A DNA stretch of 63,008 bases, filler included, from Folioceros fuciformis (Eukaryota), in assembly GCA_049999805.1 (NCBI GenBank). It is 5 parts of 5 records of this genome, joined end to end, with 100 filler letters (N's around TTAATTAATTAA, not from the genome) between each part and the next. Parts side by side here need not be neighbours in the genome. Positions count along the whole stretch, not along the records: positions 1 to 18,181 come from JBNGIO010006046.1; positions 18,282 to 42,089 come from JBNGIO010006047.1; 3 more parts are not named here. One strand, given 5' to 3'. Shown here piece after piece: positions 11,727 to 24,787 of this stretch. The position numbers and the translations under genes are program-made. A model generated the notes under the pieces. That model saw only the letters and a program-made list of their open reading frames with translations, had not been told where the DNA came from and did not search any database. Position 1 is the stretch's first letter; the number at the start of each line of letters is the position of its first letter.

Positions 11727-12740
11727 ATGGCGGAGGGAGATGGCTGGCACGAGCAGCAGGCAGTGGTGTTGGTTTCCAGGCCGGCCGCGTGGGGGCTCGC
11801 CTCCGGATGCCCCAGCTGCCTGGAGGCCTTGCTGTGTCTGAAGCTGGCGGATGTGGCCTTCGCGGTGCGATACACGGAGGTGCAGCCGGACGCGGATGAG
11901 GTGCCCTACGTGGAGTACAAAGATGAGGCGGGGTTCGCCAACGAGACCGGGGGAGTGGAGGATTTCCTGCGCACCGCCGACCTCTGCGATCTGGACGCCG
12001 GTTTGGCGGATACGGAGCGCTCGGATTTGCTTGCGTTCAAAGAGATGGTGCACTCCAGTCTGGCGGACGCGGCGGCTTACGAGCTGTGGATGAAGGAGAA
12101 CGGGAGGGCGGCGTGTGAGGTTTACTTCGCGGCTCTGCCCTGGCCGGTGAACAAGGCGCTCTACTGGAAGCAGCAGAGGACGGTGCTGGCCCGATTAGGG
12201 AGCAAGAGCGTGGAGGCCAGCTCGGAGGCGGTGGGGGATCTGTACAGGAAAGCGGGTGATGCGTACGAGGCGCTGGCTGTTCGCTTACGGAGCCAGAGGT
12301 TCTTCTTTAACGACAGGCCGACCAGTCTGGATGCGGCCCTGCTCGCGCACCTGTTGTTTGTGCTCAAGGCGCCGTTCCAGGCGTCCCGGCTCAAGGACGA
12401 AATTCAGAAGCACAGCAATCTTGTGCAGTATGCAGAGAGTTTGGGGCAGTATGGGGCCGCCGACAATGTCACTGCTGCCGCACCGAGCTACTTCTTCAAG
12501 ACCGCCTCCCGCTCTTCCACCTCGCAACGAAAGGCTTCTAAGCGGTTTGCCTCATCGCCGAGCACTAGTAGTGCCGCGCAGGACCAGGTTCCAAAGAGGA
12601 GGAATGAGAAGGACAAGGTGTTTCGGAAACGATCCAAGTACTTCATTGTAGCTCAGTTTCTGTCTATTGTTTTCTACGTTGCCTTTGTCGGCATCGATTT
12701 TGGGGAAAGTTTGGATGATATGTCGGGGGATGAGGATTGA
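11727..12740 (+). CDS. MTX1: Metaxin (mitochondrial outer membrane import/SAM complex), intronless
   Basis: LVSRPAAWGLASGCPSCL, PDADEVPYVE, GST-like FFFNDRPTSLDAALLAH and C-terminal FRKRSKYFIVAQFLSIVFYV anchor match plant metaxin. Confidence 0.9.
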   Translation: MAEGDGWHEQQAVVLVSRPAAWGLASGCPSCLEALLCLKLADVAFAVRYTEVQPDADEVPYVEYKDEAGFANETGGVEDFLRTADLCDLDAGLADTERSDLLAFKEMVHSSLADAAAYELWMKENGRAACEVYFAALPWPVNKALYWKQQRTVLARLGSKSVEASSEAVGDLYRKAGDAYEALAVRLRSQRFFFNDRPTSLDAALLAHLLFVLKAPFQASRLKDEIQKHSNLVQYAESLGQYGAADNVTAAAPSYFFKTASRSSTSQRKASKRFASSPSTSSAAQDQVPKRRNEKDKVFRKRSKYFIVAQFLSIVFYVAFVGIDFGESLDDMSGDED

Positions 12741-13052
12741 GGACGCATAGGCAGGAAATGCATTTGTCGAAGGTGCCGATAAAGACGGAAGCTGTTGTGG
12801 CAGGGGCTTTCACACACTTTCCCCCTCGTCATCGGCCAGTATTGTTGTGCTGCCTGCCCAAGCGCATGATTCAGCGCCCGTAGGTAATGATGGACTATTG
12901 TGCTGCTTGACGGTCCATAGGTGTTGGAAACTTCTGATCCCTGATTAAGGTTTATCATTATACATCGTAATATCTCAGTTGTACACTGAGTGCAGTGCAC
13001 TGAAGTGTATTCGAAGCATACGTGATGTGTAGCTGGTGTTTCGTTTCCACGT

Positions 13053-16000
13053 CTAGGAGAGATTGCTACCTGCATTGGCGTCGCGTGCTATCTTAATGAA
13101 CACATCCTCTAAGGTTGTGTCAGAAATACCCCACGCCTGGATCGCGAGCTTCGTCTTCGCTGCGCTCATGGCCTCGAAAACGTCGGCAATGCGCACGTCT
13201 TCTTTAGGGATCTCGAATTTTTGGGTGCCTGCCAAGCTATACACTTTATTGGCTTTGGCTGAGAGAGAAGTGATCAACTTCACCACCTGCTGTTCTTCTT
13301 CTGCAGGGGTCGTCACAGTCAAAACGTAAACTCCTCCGTATCTTGAGGTAAGCTGCAGCATAACACAACCGGAACGGGTTGAATCATACTGGGAGAAGAC
13401 AAGCAAGGATTCCGAATGTGGCAACTCCAACACCCCCACTGCGCACCTCTTTGGCATTTCCAATGCATTGCAGTTGGCCCCCAACGAAAATTCCCAGACG
13501 GTCGCATAGAACTTCTGCCTCCTCCATGGAGTGAGCTGCAGTTAGATGTAGACGTTAGTAGGAAATGACATGTTTCGTCACTCTCCAATAGAGAAGTGCA
13601 ACGGAATGCAGAAACGATACTTGTAAGGATGATAGCACGATTCCGCTTCGCCTCTTTGATGACGTTCCAAAGGTTATATCTCGAGGCAGGATCTAGCCCA
13701 GTGCTGGGCTCGTCCATGTACACCACCTGATAGCCGTAAGACATTAGTTTTCCCCCAGCCAGACATCAAGAGCCTTTGGAAGCAACCATGAGGCCAACAG
13801 TTATTGACCTGGGGATCTCCTATCAGTGAGATGGCAACGCTGAGGCGACGCTTCATTCCACCACTGTATTTGCCTGCTGGCTTGTTAGCCACATTCTGGA
13901 GATTCACGTTCTTCAAGGAGTCTTCTATTGCCTGTAGACACACGCCCTTCTATGTAACGCACTAATGTACATGCATGCTGCAAAGAATCAAGGACATGGC
14001 AGGAACCTTACGGTTGTGAGCTCTTGCCCCTTGAGATTCTTCAGCCTCCCGTAGAAAGCAAGATGCTCAGCTCCAGAAAGTTGCTCCCAGATCAGGCTGT
14101 GGATCAAACGCAACAAACAGCAGTTTCAGGCATCACAATGACAAGATGCTCCATATTTATCGCTTGGTGAGGACGAGAAAATATTGGTCTGTCACGGTTG
14201 ACGTACTCATGCTGCGGACACACGCCCATATGGCTGTAGATTTCATCCACGCTCTCGCGTATATCAAGGCCTTGAATGTAAGCCGTTCCTGAAGTAGGCT
14301 TCAAAAAGCCAATCATCTGACAAAAACCGAAGACACCTACGTTATCTTACAATTCGAAGCTTCACCTTGCCCAGGCAGGCAGACTTGTGTAAACGCCTCA
14401 AAGTTCCAACAACAAGATTACCATGTTAATGCTGGAAGTCTTGCCGGCACCATTTGGGCCCAGTAAGCCGAAACATTCTCCAGAGGGAACAGCCAAAGAG
14501 AAACCCCGCACAGCATACTTGTCTGGATTCCCATCCTGTCCTTTGTAGACCTTTTTCAAATTGTCGCACACGATGGAATACGAGTCCAATGATGAATCCT
14601 TGATCTTCTCAACAAGCGCTCTCTGTGGAAGAATTGACCACATGAGACGTTCGCAAAGGGGAAGCAGGATTGATCAAAGTGGGCAACAGACTCTCGAACT
14701 AACCTCCTCCGCAACGTCTGGTCTCTCCATCTCAACGTCGACTTGAGCGACTGATTTCCTTGAACCTGACCTCCCTGACAAGGATTTGGTTGAGGTGACG
14801 GTACCTGGCTTCGTTTTCCCATAACCCAGGAAGAATAGAGGATGCTTCTTCACACCACTTCCAGAGTCCACCACCTGGTCAAGATATAGAGCTAGGAGGA
14901 GAAACAGTGCCCACTCCACAGTGAGGATCCCAAACACTGCTCGTAACCCATTTTTCGAGTTATGCAAGTCTTGCCAGCCCATTCCTCTCGTTCCCTGATA
15001 GTTCCCGATAAAAGCGTACTCTGCGAACTCGTACAACCCTCGGTACAGACTGAAACCGGGCAGCAACTGGAGAACAAAGACGAATGCCCCTATACTCCCA
15101 AGCAACACCCGTGTTCAGTGTCCGGAAGTTGAGCTGCCACAATTTAGAACATGGACTAAGATGCGCGACAGAAACTTACGACTGGTGTTCTCGTCCTCCA
15201 GGAAGAAGGAGTAAAGAAATTGTCCCAGAAGACCGAAGCCGAATACGTACAGATATGCGGCGACTGGGACGACCAACAATGCTCGTTAGAGCAGGCTGCC
15301 CATTGAAGTACTAGGTGATGAGCAGGCTCCATGGTGGTGAACAGACAGGAGAGAGGAGCTGCTCACCTGTGGCAGTCCTGACATTCGAAAATAATGTCGA
15401 AGCTAGGAAGGACAGAGCAATTTGAAAGTTGGCAAAGACGAGGTAGAAGAGGATCTGAATCAAATAGTTGTTCAGACGGAAAAATTTGAGACCTGCGGGG
15501 AAGAGATTGCGGGGATCAATACGTGATCAGCTGCAGGTGTTACTGAGCAGGACAAGAGCAAAAGGAACACAAAGGACCTATACCAATTATGGAGCCGAAT
15601 ATGATGAATAGTAGCAGGTATGTGATGGACACAAGGAGGAAGTATCCATAACTAATGAGCCAATACGCAGTATCCCCCAAGCCGTGCATTTTCATCATGA
15701 TGCGGAGATTCTTCTGCTTCTCATAAACCAAGGCTCCAAGGAAAGTCTGAAGAAAAGAACAAAGTCATGAAGATGCTTTGTGGTGTTTGTGGTGCATGGC
15801 CACTTGTTGCAGCAGGAGGTGTGACTTACAGGGAACAGGAGAGCCACAATCCACGTATAGAAGAGAGGACCCAATAAGGATGCGAAGTCAAGCTCAAGTT
15901 TGGTCCTGGGTTTGGGCATTTCCTTAACAAAGAGCAGGGGAATCTGTGCATTTGGGCGGATGAGGCGCAAGAAAGCCTGAGCTACCTGCCATTGGACATG

Positions 16001-17786
16001 TACATATGGATATGTCAAGCATACGTCACACTACTTGTACAATGGAAGCCACCTAGAAACTTCTTTGGGCAAAGTGAAGTACCATGTTCATGGAACGAGG
16101 AGTTCGGACCATGGCAGGCGGTGCTTGACCAGTGTCATTAGTGTATGTCTTGTTGTACCAGATGTTCACAGCCAGGTTCGTCAGTGTGGAACCTGTGAAG
16201 TCATAAGCTGCATAACATACAGAAACGAGTGACAAGTCTGCAACAGTGCTCCCAGCAACTCAGATGAGCGAACATCGAGTACGGCCGTAAGCAACCACTC
16301 GGAGAACCGGACTTACCCACAGATATCTCCCGGGGTTTGTTGTCCGGGTTTCCCTTCCGATACCCAGTGTAAAGATCGTTGTTTATGGCAGCATCACTAT
16401 CAAGCCTCAGTATTTGAGTCTCCGCACACTGAAATGAAACTGCAAGGAGGTACGCACAGACGGCTCATGTCGGCACTGACAATTTTTGCTTCCAAAATTT
16501 TAGAGGCAGGAAAGCAGTGCTAGCTAACAAACATTTCACCAAACACAGCACACTTCACGCAAGAGCAAGTCCGTAGAGAAGAAGAAGCCAACCCTCCGTC
16601 AACAAGGTCGACGCGTTGAAGTTCAAAACAGGCTCCGGAATTCCTGTGCAATTTGGTTGCAAGATGTAAAGGGGAGTGCCGTCAACAAACGCAGATTCAA
16701 TGAAATCAGTTGACCACGTGTATGTTCCAGTTCCCTACAACACGAAAATATTTGAGTCACGGCACCTATCTGAATCCTCTGAAGTAGAGCATATTAGGTG
16801 GACGCATACATTAATACACAGCATCGTCCAAGCTATGACTAGCAAGCTTTCGAAAATCCCTGCTACAAACATTCATTCCACGCGGGCGTACTTACAGGGA
16901 CTAACAGCGACAAAGCCAGCTGAGTGTTGTTCAACGTAGCGCTTGGCAAACTCCCGTAGTTCACAAGCAGGTTGTTAGCCAGCCCTGCCATCGTGCGACA
17001 CGATCGCAGCCGGGGTGGACATCAACAAGTCAGCAACAGAAGAGGAGAGCAGAAGCAAGTACGTAACCGGACGGCAGCTAAGCTTAGCTCAGCCTTCAGA
17101 CAAGGGTACCGCACACACTTACGATCAGCTATGGACGTGTCCCCGCCAATACCACCAGTGTAGAGGAACGTGAGCGGGCATGGCCCGGAGTCTGAACAAG
17201 ACCCCGTCGGCCCGTTCCTCTGCGAAAAGTCCGCTCGATACATTCTGTCCGGAGCTTGCAAGAATGCAGGCCACTCCACCGGACTTGGCACCGCGCACCT
17301 TGCCGCCTGCGTCTGATCCGAGTACGCCAGCCCCTCTTCGTCAGAACCCGGGCGCTTTCCACATTGGTACTTACTGCCACCGAACACAACGTTCCCGACT
17401 TGCTGGATGGCAAACAAAATGAGCACCAGGATGATCGGCACGGACAGCAGGCACGAATTCGTGGCCCAGTTCCGCTTCTGCAATTCCCGCTCACAGCAAG
17501 AGGTCAGCACCGATCCGCATCCGCACCGAAGCGAAGCGAAGCGAAACATCCACCATCCACCCGATCCATTCTCCACCTAAACCACGCACACTCATTCGCG
17601 ACGAATACAAAATTCCGCACCACTACCGACCTGATAAACTACATTCTTCCGCAACAAAGCATTGGCTTGAGTATAGAAGGTAGCGCGGCCCCTGTTGCGA
17701 AGCCGGGTCTGCGCGTTCTCCACATCCTCCGCACCGTTGAGAGGCCGTTCGGGAGTGGGAACACTCGGCGAGGAGGGGGTGGCCAT
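13053..17786 (-). CDS. ABCA: ABC transporter subfamily A, half-size (ABCA7/ATH-like), multi-exon
   Basis: ATFYTQANALLRKN N-terminus, VYEKQKNLRIMMKMHGL, Walker A GPNGAGKT, signature YSGGMKRRLS, Walker B VYMDEPSTGLDP, C-terminal WGISDTTLEDVF. Confidence 0.95.
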
Positions 17787-18181
17787 CGCTTCCCTCCCGC
17801 CTCCTCGAGCTCAGATCGAATCAGCTCAGCTCAGCTCCACTCTTGCAGTGCGGGGAAGGAAGGCGGACTCGTGGGTCTCTCAGCCTCGAGAGCCGGCACC
17901 ATGCCGTTTAAAATCCTCCTCCTCCAAGACCACCCCGCCACGCCACGCTGCACTTCGAACGGAAGCGATCTCAGCTGCTCACAGCTTCCGCGAGCGAGAA
18001 AGGAAGGGAACGAGGAAGGGAGGGAGCGGGGAAGGCCGCTCCCAAGTACCGGGAGAGGCTGGAGCTCTTGTAGCAAGGCCCCACGCCGCAGGGCGTGTTC
18101 AAGGATGAGCATATTTCCGTCGGCCAGAAAAGCTCGCCCACCGAATTTCGAGTTGCAAGGCCAACGACCAACCGCGTTCAC

Positions 18182-18281
18182 NNNNNNNNNNNNNNNNNNN
18201 NNNNNNNNNNNNNNNNNNNNNNNNNTTAATTAATTAANNNNNNNNNNNNNNNNNNNNNNNNNNNNNNNNNNNNNNNNNNNN
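18182..18281. other. Artificial scaffold spacer (N44-TTAATTAATTAA-N44)
   Basis: Six-frame stop linker centred in a 100-bp gap; identical design four times. Confidence 0.97.
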
Positions 18282-18539
18282 CCTTAATGCGACCCTCTGA
18301 AATCATTGATATGATGCCCATGTGTACTGCAAATGAAGGAAAAGTGTACAAGCACAAACAAGCCCTAAAGGCAAACATAATGAACACATTAAGGGTGTCA
18401 CCTACATGCACTCATGTACACTTCAACAAGAAGGACTATCGCCTAAAAAATCTTGCTACACAATTGGTCTACAATGACCGCTGCCACTGCCTACCTATAT
18501 AATTCCTACTAGTAGGATTGTGCAAGACCATGTGCTTGG

Positions 18540-21500
18540 ACATGTTTAGCCCATGTGTTGAACTAGGTATTTTGTGTGTTATATAAGAATGTACAAAAGC
18601 ATGTCTTAAGTAAAGCTATTATGTGTCTGTTCCAAAACTATGCACCTGATTGTAATAACCTGATACTACTATTTACAATTTATGGTAATTGGGTTATGGG
18701 CAGGGTTACAGGCAGGTTATCCATTCTATAACACTCCCTCTTAGGCTAAATGTAACATAGCTAGAAAAAAAATGGGACATTGCGAGAGACAATCTCTTGT
18801 GAGGGTGACGCTCCCTTATAATTGTAGAGGAAACATGGGTCTACGGTCTTGGTTTAGCTAGGGTCCTATAGGCGACAAGTAAGGGAAAGAAGGCATGAAG
18901 GTGCTTGCAAGGAGGTGCACGAGGGTGATCTGCCAAAGTCAGGCGATTGCGAGGACGTTAAGCTTCATCTACCTGACTTAGCAAAGAGAGATATCAGGGA
19001 TGAAGGGCAAGGCAACGAGACCTGTGAGGCGTCCATAGGCCAACGTAGTAGCATTCTCTCTAAGAGATATGTCTTCTCCTTACCCACAGCTTGTCATGAG
19101 CTGTAGTGAGAAGTCAATAAAGCATAGCTTGTGCATTTGCTGGTAATGGCACAACTTGGGCAGACCCTTGGTAAGTATGTCCATGGCGTTATTCTCAATT
19201 GATACATAGGTTGCTCTCACTACGTCACGCTCAACAACATCACGTATACAGTGGTGTTGGATCTTAATGTGTGTAGTTGTGGCATGAAATTGGGGGTTAG
19301 CAACTCAGGCCAGGGTTGACATGTTGTCGCAGTGCAGGGGTGTAGGAAGATCTTGTTGTTGCCTGACGTTGGCTAGGAAGGCCCTTTCCCACTCTGCTTC
19401 CTTGGTAGCGTGGGTGAGTGACTTATACTCCGCTTATGTGGAGGAGAGGGAAATGGAGGTTTGGTTTTTGCAACTTCAATTCACTGCCATGGAGGAGAGG
19501 AGAAAACAACGTGCACCAAGGCTTTTCCGTAAGTCGGGATCCAAAGCCCAGTCTAAACCAGTAAACCTAGTGAGTAATAGCTTCCCTATGCCTTCACTTC
19601 TTTAGGCTAGTCCGTACGTAAGGGCTCCTTTGAGGTAGTAAAAGACCCTCTTGATTGCTGCCCAGTGTGCCTTTCCAAGTGATTCAAAAAACTATGATAT
19701 TGTGGACATGGAATACTGGGTATCGGGTTTGGTCCATCCGCTAACAAAAGATAAGGCTACCCACAACATGACGGTAAGAAACTAATTGCATTTCCTCGGC
19801 TTCCTCTGCTCTCTGTGGGCATTGGTCTGCTGTGAGTTTTGTACTGATAGCATAGGGGGTGGTGATAGGCCTAGCTTGGTCCAGCTTGAATCTTGCCAAT
19901 ATTTCTATGATGTACTTATACTGGAGGATGACCATAATGTCTTAAGCTCTATTTCTGAGAATTTGGATTCCAAGGCAGAACTAAGGTTTGCCTATGTCTT
20001 TCATCTTGAAACAGGTGCTCAGCGACTGCTTTACTTCCTCTAACGTAGCTTGATTGTTAGTGGTAAAGATGAGGTCGTCCACGTAGAGAGCAAGGAGCAC
20101 AAAGTGGGGTCCCCATGACAGCGTATAAACATTCCCATCCGTCAAGCTTTGAACAAAAGAAATGCTAATAAGGTAAGAGTGCATGGTGGTGTACTAGATA
20201 TGGCCACTTTGTTTGAGGCTGTAAATGCATTTCTTAAGTCTCAGCACTTTGTTTGGGAACTGCTTGCTGACATAACCCTCGAGCTGATCCATGTCAAGCC
20301 CCTCGTCGAGTGCTTTGTATAGAAAAGACATACACACATCCATCTAGAGCAACTCAAGATCAAGTTGTGTAGCCAGGGAGAGAAGGATGTGTATAGAATG
20401 AGCACGCACAACGGGGGAAAAAGGTTCTCGGTAGTTGAGTCCCTCGATTTGGGAGAAGCCTCGGGCAACTAGGCGGGCCTTGAAGTGGGCAATGTAGCCT
20501 TGGGCGTTCAGCTTTGAGTTTGAATGTGCATTTGTACTTATCAGCTTCCTTCTAGGGGGGAGATCAACCAGCTCCCAGGTCTTGCTCTTTAGAAGGCTTT
20601 GGTACTCATCCTTTACTGTGAGCCGTCACTGAGAGGATTCAAGCCAGAGAGCGCTTGGGTAAGTGTGATAGGCTGCTCTTGCAAGGAAGATGGGGAAAAT
20701 TAAACGNNNNNNNNNNNNNNNNNNNNNNNNNNNNNNNNNNNNNNNNNNNNNNNNNNNNNNNNNNNNNNNNNNNNNNNNNNNNNNNNNNNNNNNNNNNNNN
20801 NNNNNNCTACAACGCAGGCTTGGGGTGGCTGCAATAGGGGCAGGCTTGGGGTCCAGCACATGAGGGGGACCTACCATTGGCCGTGGCACTGCGACAATAG
20901 GTGGTGCCTCGCCATCAATAGGCGCCTCAAGGTTGGCAGGATCAATTGGTACGAGGTCCAAAGGCGCCTCAGCAGGCGAGTAAGACACAAAAGGAGCAAC
21001 AACTGCACCATTGCCTTTAGCATGTGGCAGAGATGATAAGTCGTCATCCTCGTCCTTAGAATTGGTGTCAACTGGGGCTAAGAGCAGCTCCTAGTTTGTA
21101 GGGTTGCCATCGTGCAATGGATAGGAAGAGGGGGAATCAGGTTGAGGGCGATTTGTATCGGGTCCTAAATCAGCCACAGCTCTCTCTGAGGCTAGTTGCG
21201 TGGATTCTAGAAACATGACATTGCGGGCCAAAGTGATGCAGTGATCATCAGGATCGAACAGTTTGTAAGCTTTCACATTTTTGTTGTAGCCAACCAGAAA
21301 AAGCTTGCGAGCCTTGTCCTCTAACTTTCGGCGCTTGGTCTTCAGTATGTAGGTATAAACCTTAGAGCCAAAGACACAAAGACGGAGGATGCTAGGTTTG
21401 CAATTTTAGAAAACCTCGTATGGGGTGTGCCTAAGGACAATGCCAATGATGACTCGGTTAAAGATGTAGGTGGCTTTGATGATGGCTTTCGCCTAGAAGC

Positions 21501-22240
21501 CCTCGGGAAGACCAGCCCACAACAACATTCTTCGGGTCATTGAAAGCAAGGCCTAGTTCTTATGCTCTACAACCCCGTTCTACTACGGGGTGTAGGGCAC
21601 GCTTAGCTGTCGTTTAATACCTTGCTCCCGTAGAAAGTTGTCAAAGGCATCATTTACAAATTCTGTACTCTTGTCACTTCTCAAAGTTTTTAGTAGATGG
21701 CCTTTCTCTCTCTCCGCAATTGACAGCCAGTCTTTGAAGTAGGCAAACTTGTCACTCTTCAAGTGCATTGGGAACGTCCAGAAGTATTTTCTGAAGTCGT
21801 CCATAAGAGTAAGGTAGTAGAGTGCCCCTTCTAGTGATGTTTCATGGATCTTCCAAGAGATATTTTCTGAAGTCGTCCATAAGAGTAAGGTAGTAGAGTG
21901 CCCCTTCTAGCGATGTTTCATGGATCTTCCAAGAGATATCGGCATGAACTAACTCCAAGGTTGCTGTTGCCCTATTAGGGTTCTTCGAGAGTGGGAGTTC
22001 TTTTTGCTTCGCCAACACACAAGATTCGCACATAAATAGGTGCCAAAAACACTTGGGTAAGGGTTCCCTATACAGGTCTTGTGATGACATATATATAAGC
22101 TTATTTTTATTGATGTGCCCTAACTTGGAGTGCCATGGGAAGGTCACGCTGTCAAGAGTTGATGGTGGTGGTCCGGCCATGAAGGTAGACAGCTCCCTCT
22201 CACTAGCAAGTATGAGCCTGTACAATCCATCTTGAGGCAC
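18540..22240 (-). mobile_element. Decayed Ty1/copia element A (integrase-RT-RNase H and 3' LTR; gag/protease absent)
   Basis: LELVHADI and LKTLRSDKSTEF integrase, LALYVDDL RT, RNase H remnants with many stops; PPT (complement of ctccctcttagg, 18734) next to LTR end ...taaca at 18733. LTR outer edge approximate. Related to element E (42.5-48 kb). Confidence 0.85.
21785..21936. repeat. 76-bp tandem duplication inside the copia integrase
   Basis: tattttctgaagtcg...ttccaagaga at 21785-21860 and 21861-21936, one mismatch; frameshifting. Confidence 0.92.
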
Positions 22241-22387
22241 AAACCGGAGGCCCAGACACCCCGCATCCGGGCCTTCATCCCCCGCCTCATATGCTTCTCC
22301 AGCTCCTGATCAAACTCCGCGTCCGCCTGCCTCTCGTATCTCGGACGATGGCCAGAAGGAGGGACCGACGTACTCCGGCACATCCTC

Positions 22388-22600
22388 CCGGAGCTTAGTG
22401 TGGTAAACTAGGGGCACCCGGATGAGGCGGGCGATGGCCAGGTCGTTCGGTAGCCCGGGTAGGAGCTCGGAAGGGAGCTTGTTCCTGTCTCCCTTCGACA
22501 GCTTCTTGGCCACCATCACGCTGCGACTTGCTATAGTCGACAACCTCTGGCCCCACCGCAGCGCCGCAGCAATCATGGACACGCAACGCTCGTTCACCTT
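22388..22600 (-). pseudogene. F-box/kelch protein N-terminal fragment (captured)
   Basis: ELLPGLPNDLAIARLIRVPLVYHTKLR matches the F-box start of plant F-box/kelch proteins; breaks off mid-domain. Confidence 0.75.
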
Positions 22601-22719
22601 CAATTCGGTGCGGCAAGCCTTTCGAGCGTGGAGAAGTCACCCCCGCCTCCTGGATGGTGCTCTGGTGTCGGGATCTGCGGGCGTAGTAGAGATCCAGCAC
22701 CGCGTAGCTCCTCCCACCG

Positions 22720-22825
22720 CTCCAGCATGACGATCCAGTTGTTGGTGCCGACACCAGTGCCCAGCTGCAGGTGGTAGGCTGGCGGGGAGCCGTCAAGGCA
22801 GACTCCATCGCCTAGCTCCTTCTCA
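22720..22825 (-). pseudogene. Pectin acetylesterase fragment (captured)
   Basis: GVCLDGSPPAYHLQLGTGVGTNNWIVMLE matches the conserved PAE CLDGSxPxYH...NNW..LEGG segment. Confidence 0.8.
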
Positions 22826-22829
22826 GGCT

Positions 22830-23258
22830 CCGGCGTGCTCACAACATACCCCAGCCCCTTGGTGTCCACCACTCTCACCACGCCCCGGGCCTTGAGCTCG
22901 GATCCCAACCCGGAGATGAGGCCCTGCACATAGTCATAAAAATAGCCCAGGAAGTCACAGACGGCATAGGTGTGCACCTTGGCCTGCAAGCTTCCGAGGC
23001 GGCATCCCACGGCGGCCCCGGCCGTGGTGCCCCCGCTCCCGCATGCCATCACCACTTCGTAGAAGCTCGACACCCCGGGGACTTCTCCTGTTCCAGCTGC
23101 GCCTCCAGTTCCCGCACCACCTCCAGGTACCCTAAGATCCCCAGGGAGTTGGACCCTCCGACCGGAACCAGGTACAGCTCCCTCACCTCCGCTCTAAGTC
23201 TGGCCGCTAGCCACTTCCCCAGCGCGACGCTGTCATGGGCCTGGTACTCCTCCTTCTA
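22830..23258 (-). pseudogene. D-cysteine desulfhydrase internal fragment (captured, intronless, frameshifted)
   Basis: KEEY...LYLVPVGGSNSLG..GY, VVMACGSGGTTAG, KVHTYAVCD..YFYDYVQGL, KGLGY match plant DCD1; frameshift near 23075. Confidence 0.88.
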
Positions 23259-23261
23259 CTC

Positions 23262-23605
23262 CTCTAGGCCCGCGCTCTGCTGCTGCGGAATGCCGATGTA
23301 AGGCACCGCCAATCGCTTCAGATAAGGCCCAAAATCCACATCCAAGCCCAGGGGCGCTGGGCCGGCTCCGTCTGGCGACAGCCTCCGCCAGCTCATAAAC
23401 TTCCTGAAGGCGCCCCTCACCTCACCGAGGAACTTGAAGGCATCCTCGGTCCCCAAGGCCTCTTCGATCACTCCGCAGAGGTTGAAGCCATCCTCCATGA
23501 GGCAACTAATCATCCTTCCCCTCCTGGTGAAATTATACCGGCTGTGATTGCTTGCCACTCTTCCCAGTTACTGCACACACTCCTGCACCAGTTCCAGCTC
23601 GCCAT
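23262..23605 (-). pseudogene. Longin-domain (phytolongin/VAMP7-like) fragment (captured)
   Basis: HSRYNFTRRGRMISCLMEDGFNLCGVIEEALGTEDAFKFLGEVRGAF resembles a longin domain; in-frame stop upstream. Confidence 0.65.
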
Positions 23606-24522
23606 CATTTTACACTACTAGGAGCACGCTCCTAGGGGACCCCAATTCGCCTTGGCACGCACAGACCTAGGTTTCCATTCACATCAGTACACCCGACCCA
23701 ACGGAATAACCCAGCCTCGTTACTTTTGGTTTTTCCCATAGGTTAGCGGGTCGGCTGTTCACCTTTCACTCACAACCACTACCACATTCCAACCTCCTAG
23801 CTTAATTTCCCAACTACTTCCCCATAGAATTCAACTAAAACTTAAAAAAAAATGCTATCATTTTTCAAGGGATCCATTCACCATGTGGACTCCACATACG
23901 GATCGCCTACCTCAGTTCTCACAAAGGACTAGAAGAAAGGGACAAGACTGATTGGAGGACGAAGTGGTTCTTGCCAAAGGAACGCCTGTCTTACATAGGC
24001 AAAAGCAAGTTGAAGGCCAAGGAGTGTTGAAATTTTTCTCATTGTGAGCAAGAGTCCTTGGCTCTCGCGCAAGTAGTTGCCTATATAAGATGGCCAGTTG
24101 CCTATATTCGAACTTCACCTGTTTCGGAGGAAAATTGAATGCACGCGACCTCCTAGAGTTTTGATCTTGGGCTAGGGAAGGCAACATCCAATCGTAGTGA
24201 ATTTATGGGCACTATTGGGCCTTTTCTCACAAGGTCTGGTGACAGAGTGTTACAGAAACTTGCAGCAGACAAATGAGCAGTTGGCAACCCTGCCTGATTA
24301 GAATGGTCCTTTATCCATTAGCTAGAGCTGGATAGAGGACAAGCAACAAGCCTTTGACTCTGCTAAAGCTGCAACTAGCTAAAGCTCTAGTCATGGTTTG
24401 GTTAGACCAGATTTTGGCAAGCCGTTCATAGTCCATACCGATTGGAGCATCTTAGGCCTTGAAGCTGTGCTAGCTCAGTTGGATGAGGAGGGACACAAAC
24501 ATGTGATAGCCTATGCTTCTTG

Positions 24523-24787
24523 TATAAACTAGGATCGAGGAGGCTGAGTGATAGAACAAGCATGTAGAGAATAGAAGAGAGTATATTCTTTACTTAGGCC
24601 GTGTGGCCTTATATAGGACTGAAAAGGTTATGTCCTATGAACGTGAACAGTACGGCGATTAAGTTTTTGGATCGCCGACCCTTGTGTGTGCCGATATGAA
24701 TCAGTCGATTCATATCTATGTACTTATTAGTCCTATTTAATATTAATGCTGGATATAATAATAATAAGCCTATTTATTCTACCAATA
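24523..24787 (-). repeat. 3' LTR of copia B
   Basis: Direct repeat of 30608-30872 (about 9 mismatches counted by eye); adjacent PPT. Confidence 0.95.

Noticed and set aside
1507-17786. Terpene synthase plus ABC transporter as a biosynthetic gene cluster
   Set aside because: No P450, CPS or tailoring enzyme; intervening genes are housekeeping; ABCA is not evidence of terpene export.
18226-18237. TTAATTAATTAA recurring four times as a biological motif
   Set aside because: Always centred in 100-bp N gaps; an artificial six-frame stop linker.
23613-24199. CACTA-like ends (cactactagg ... cgtagtg)
   Set aside because: TIR match is short and the flanking 3-bp sequences (tta / aat) do not form a TSD.
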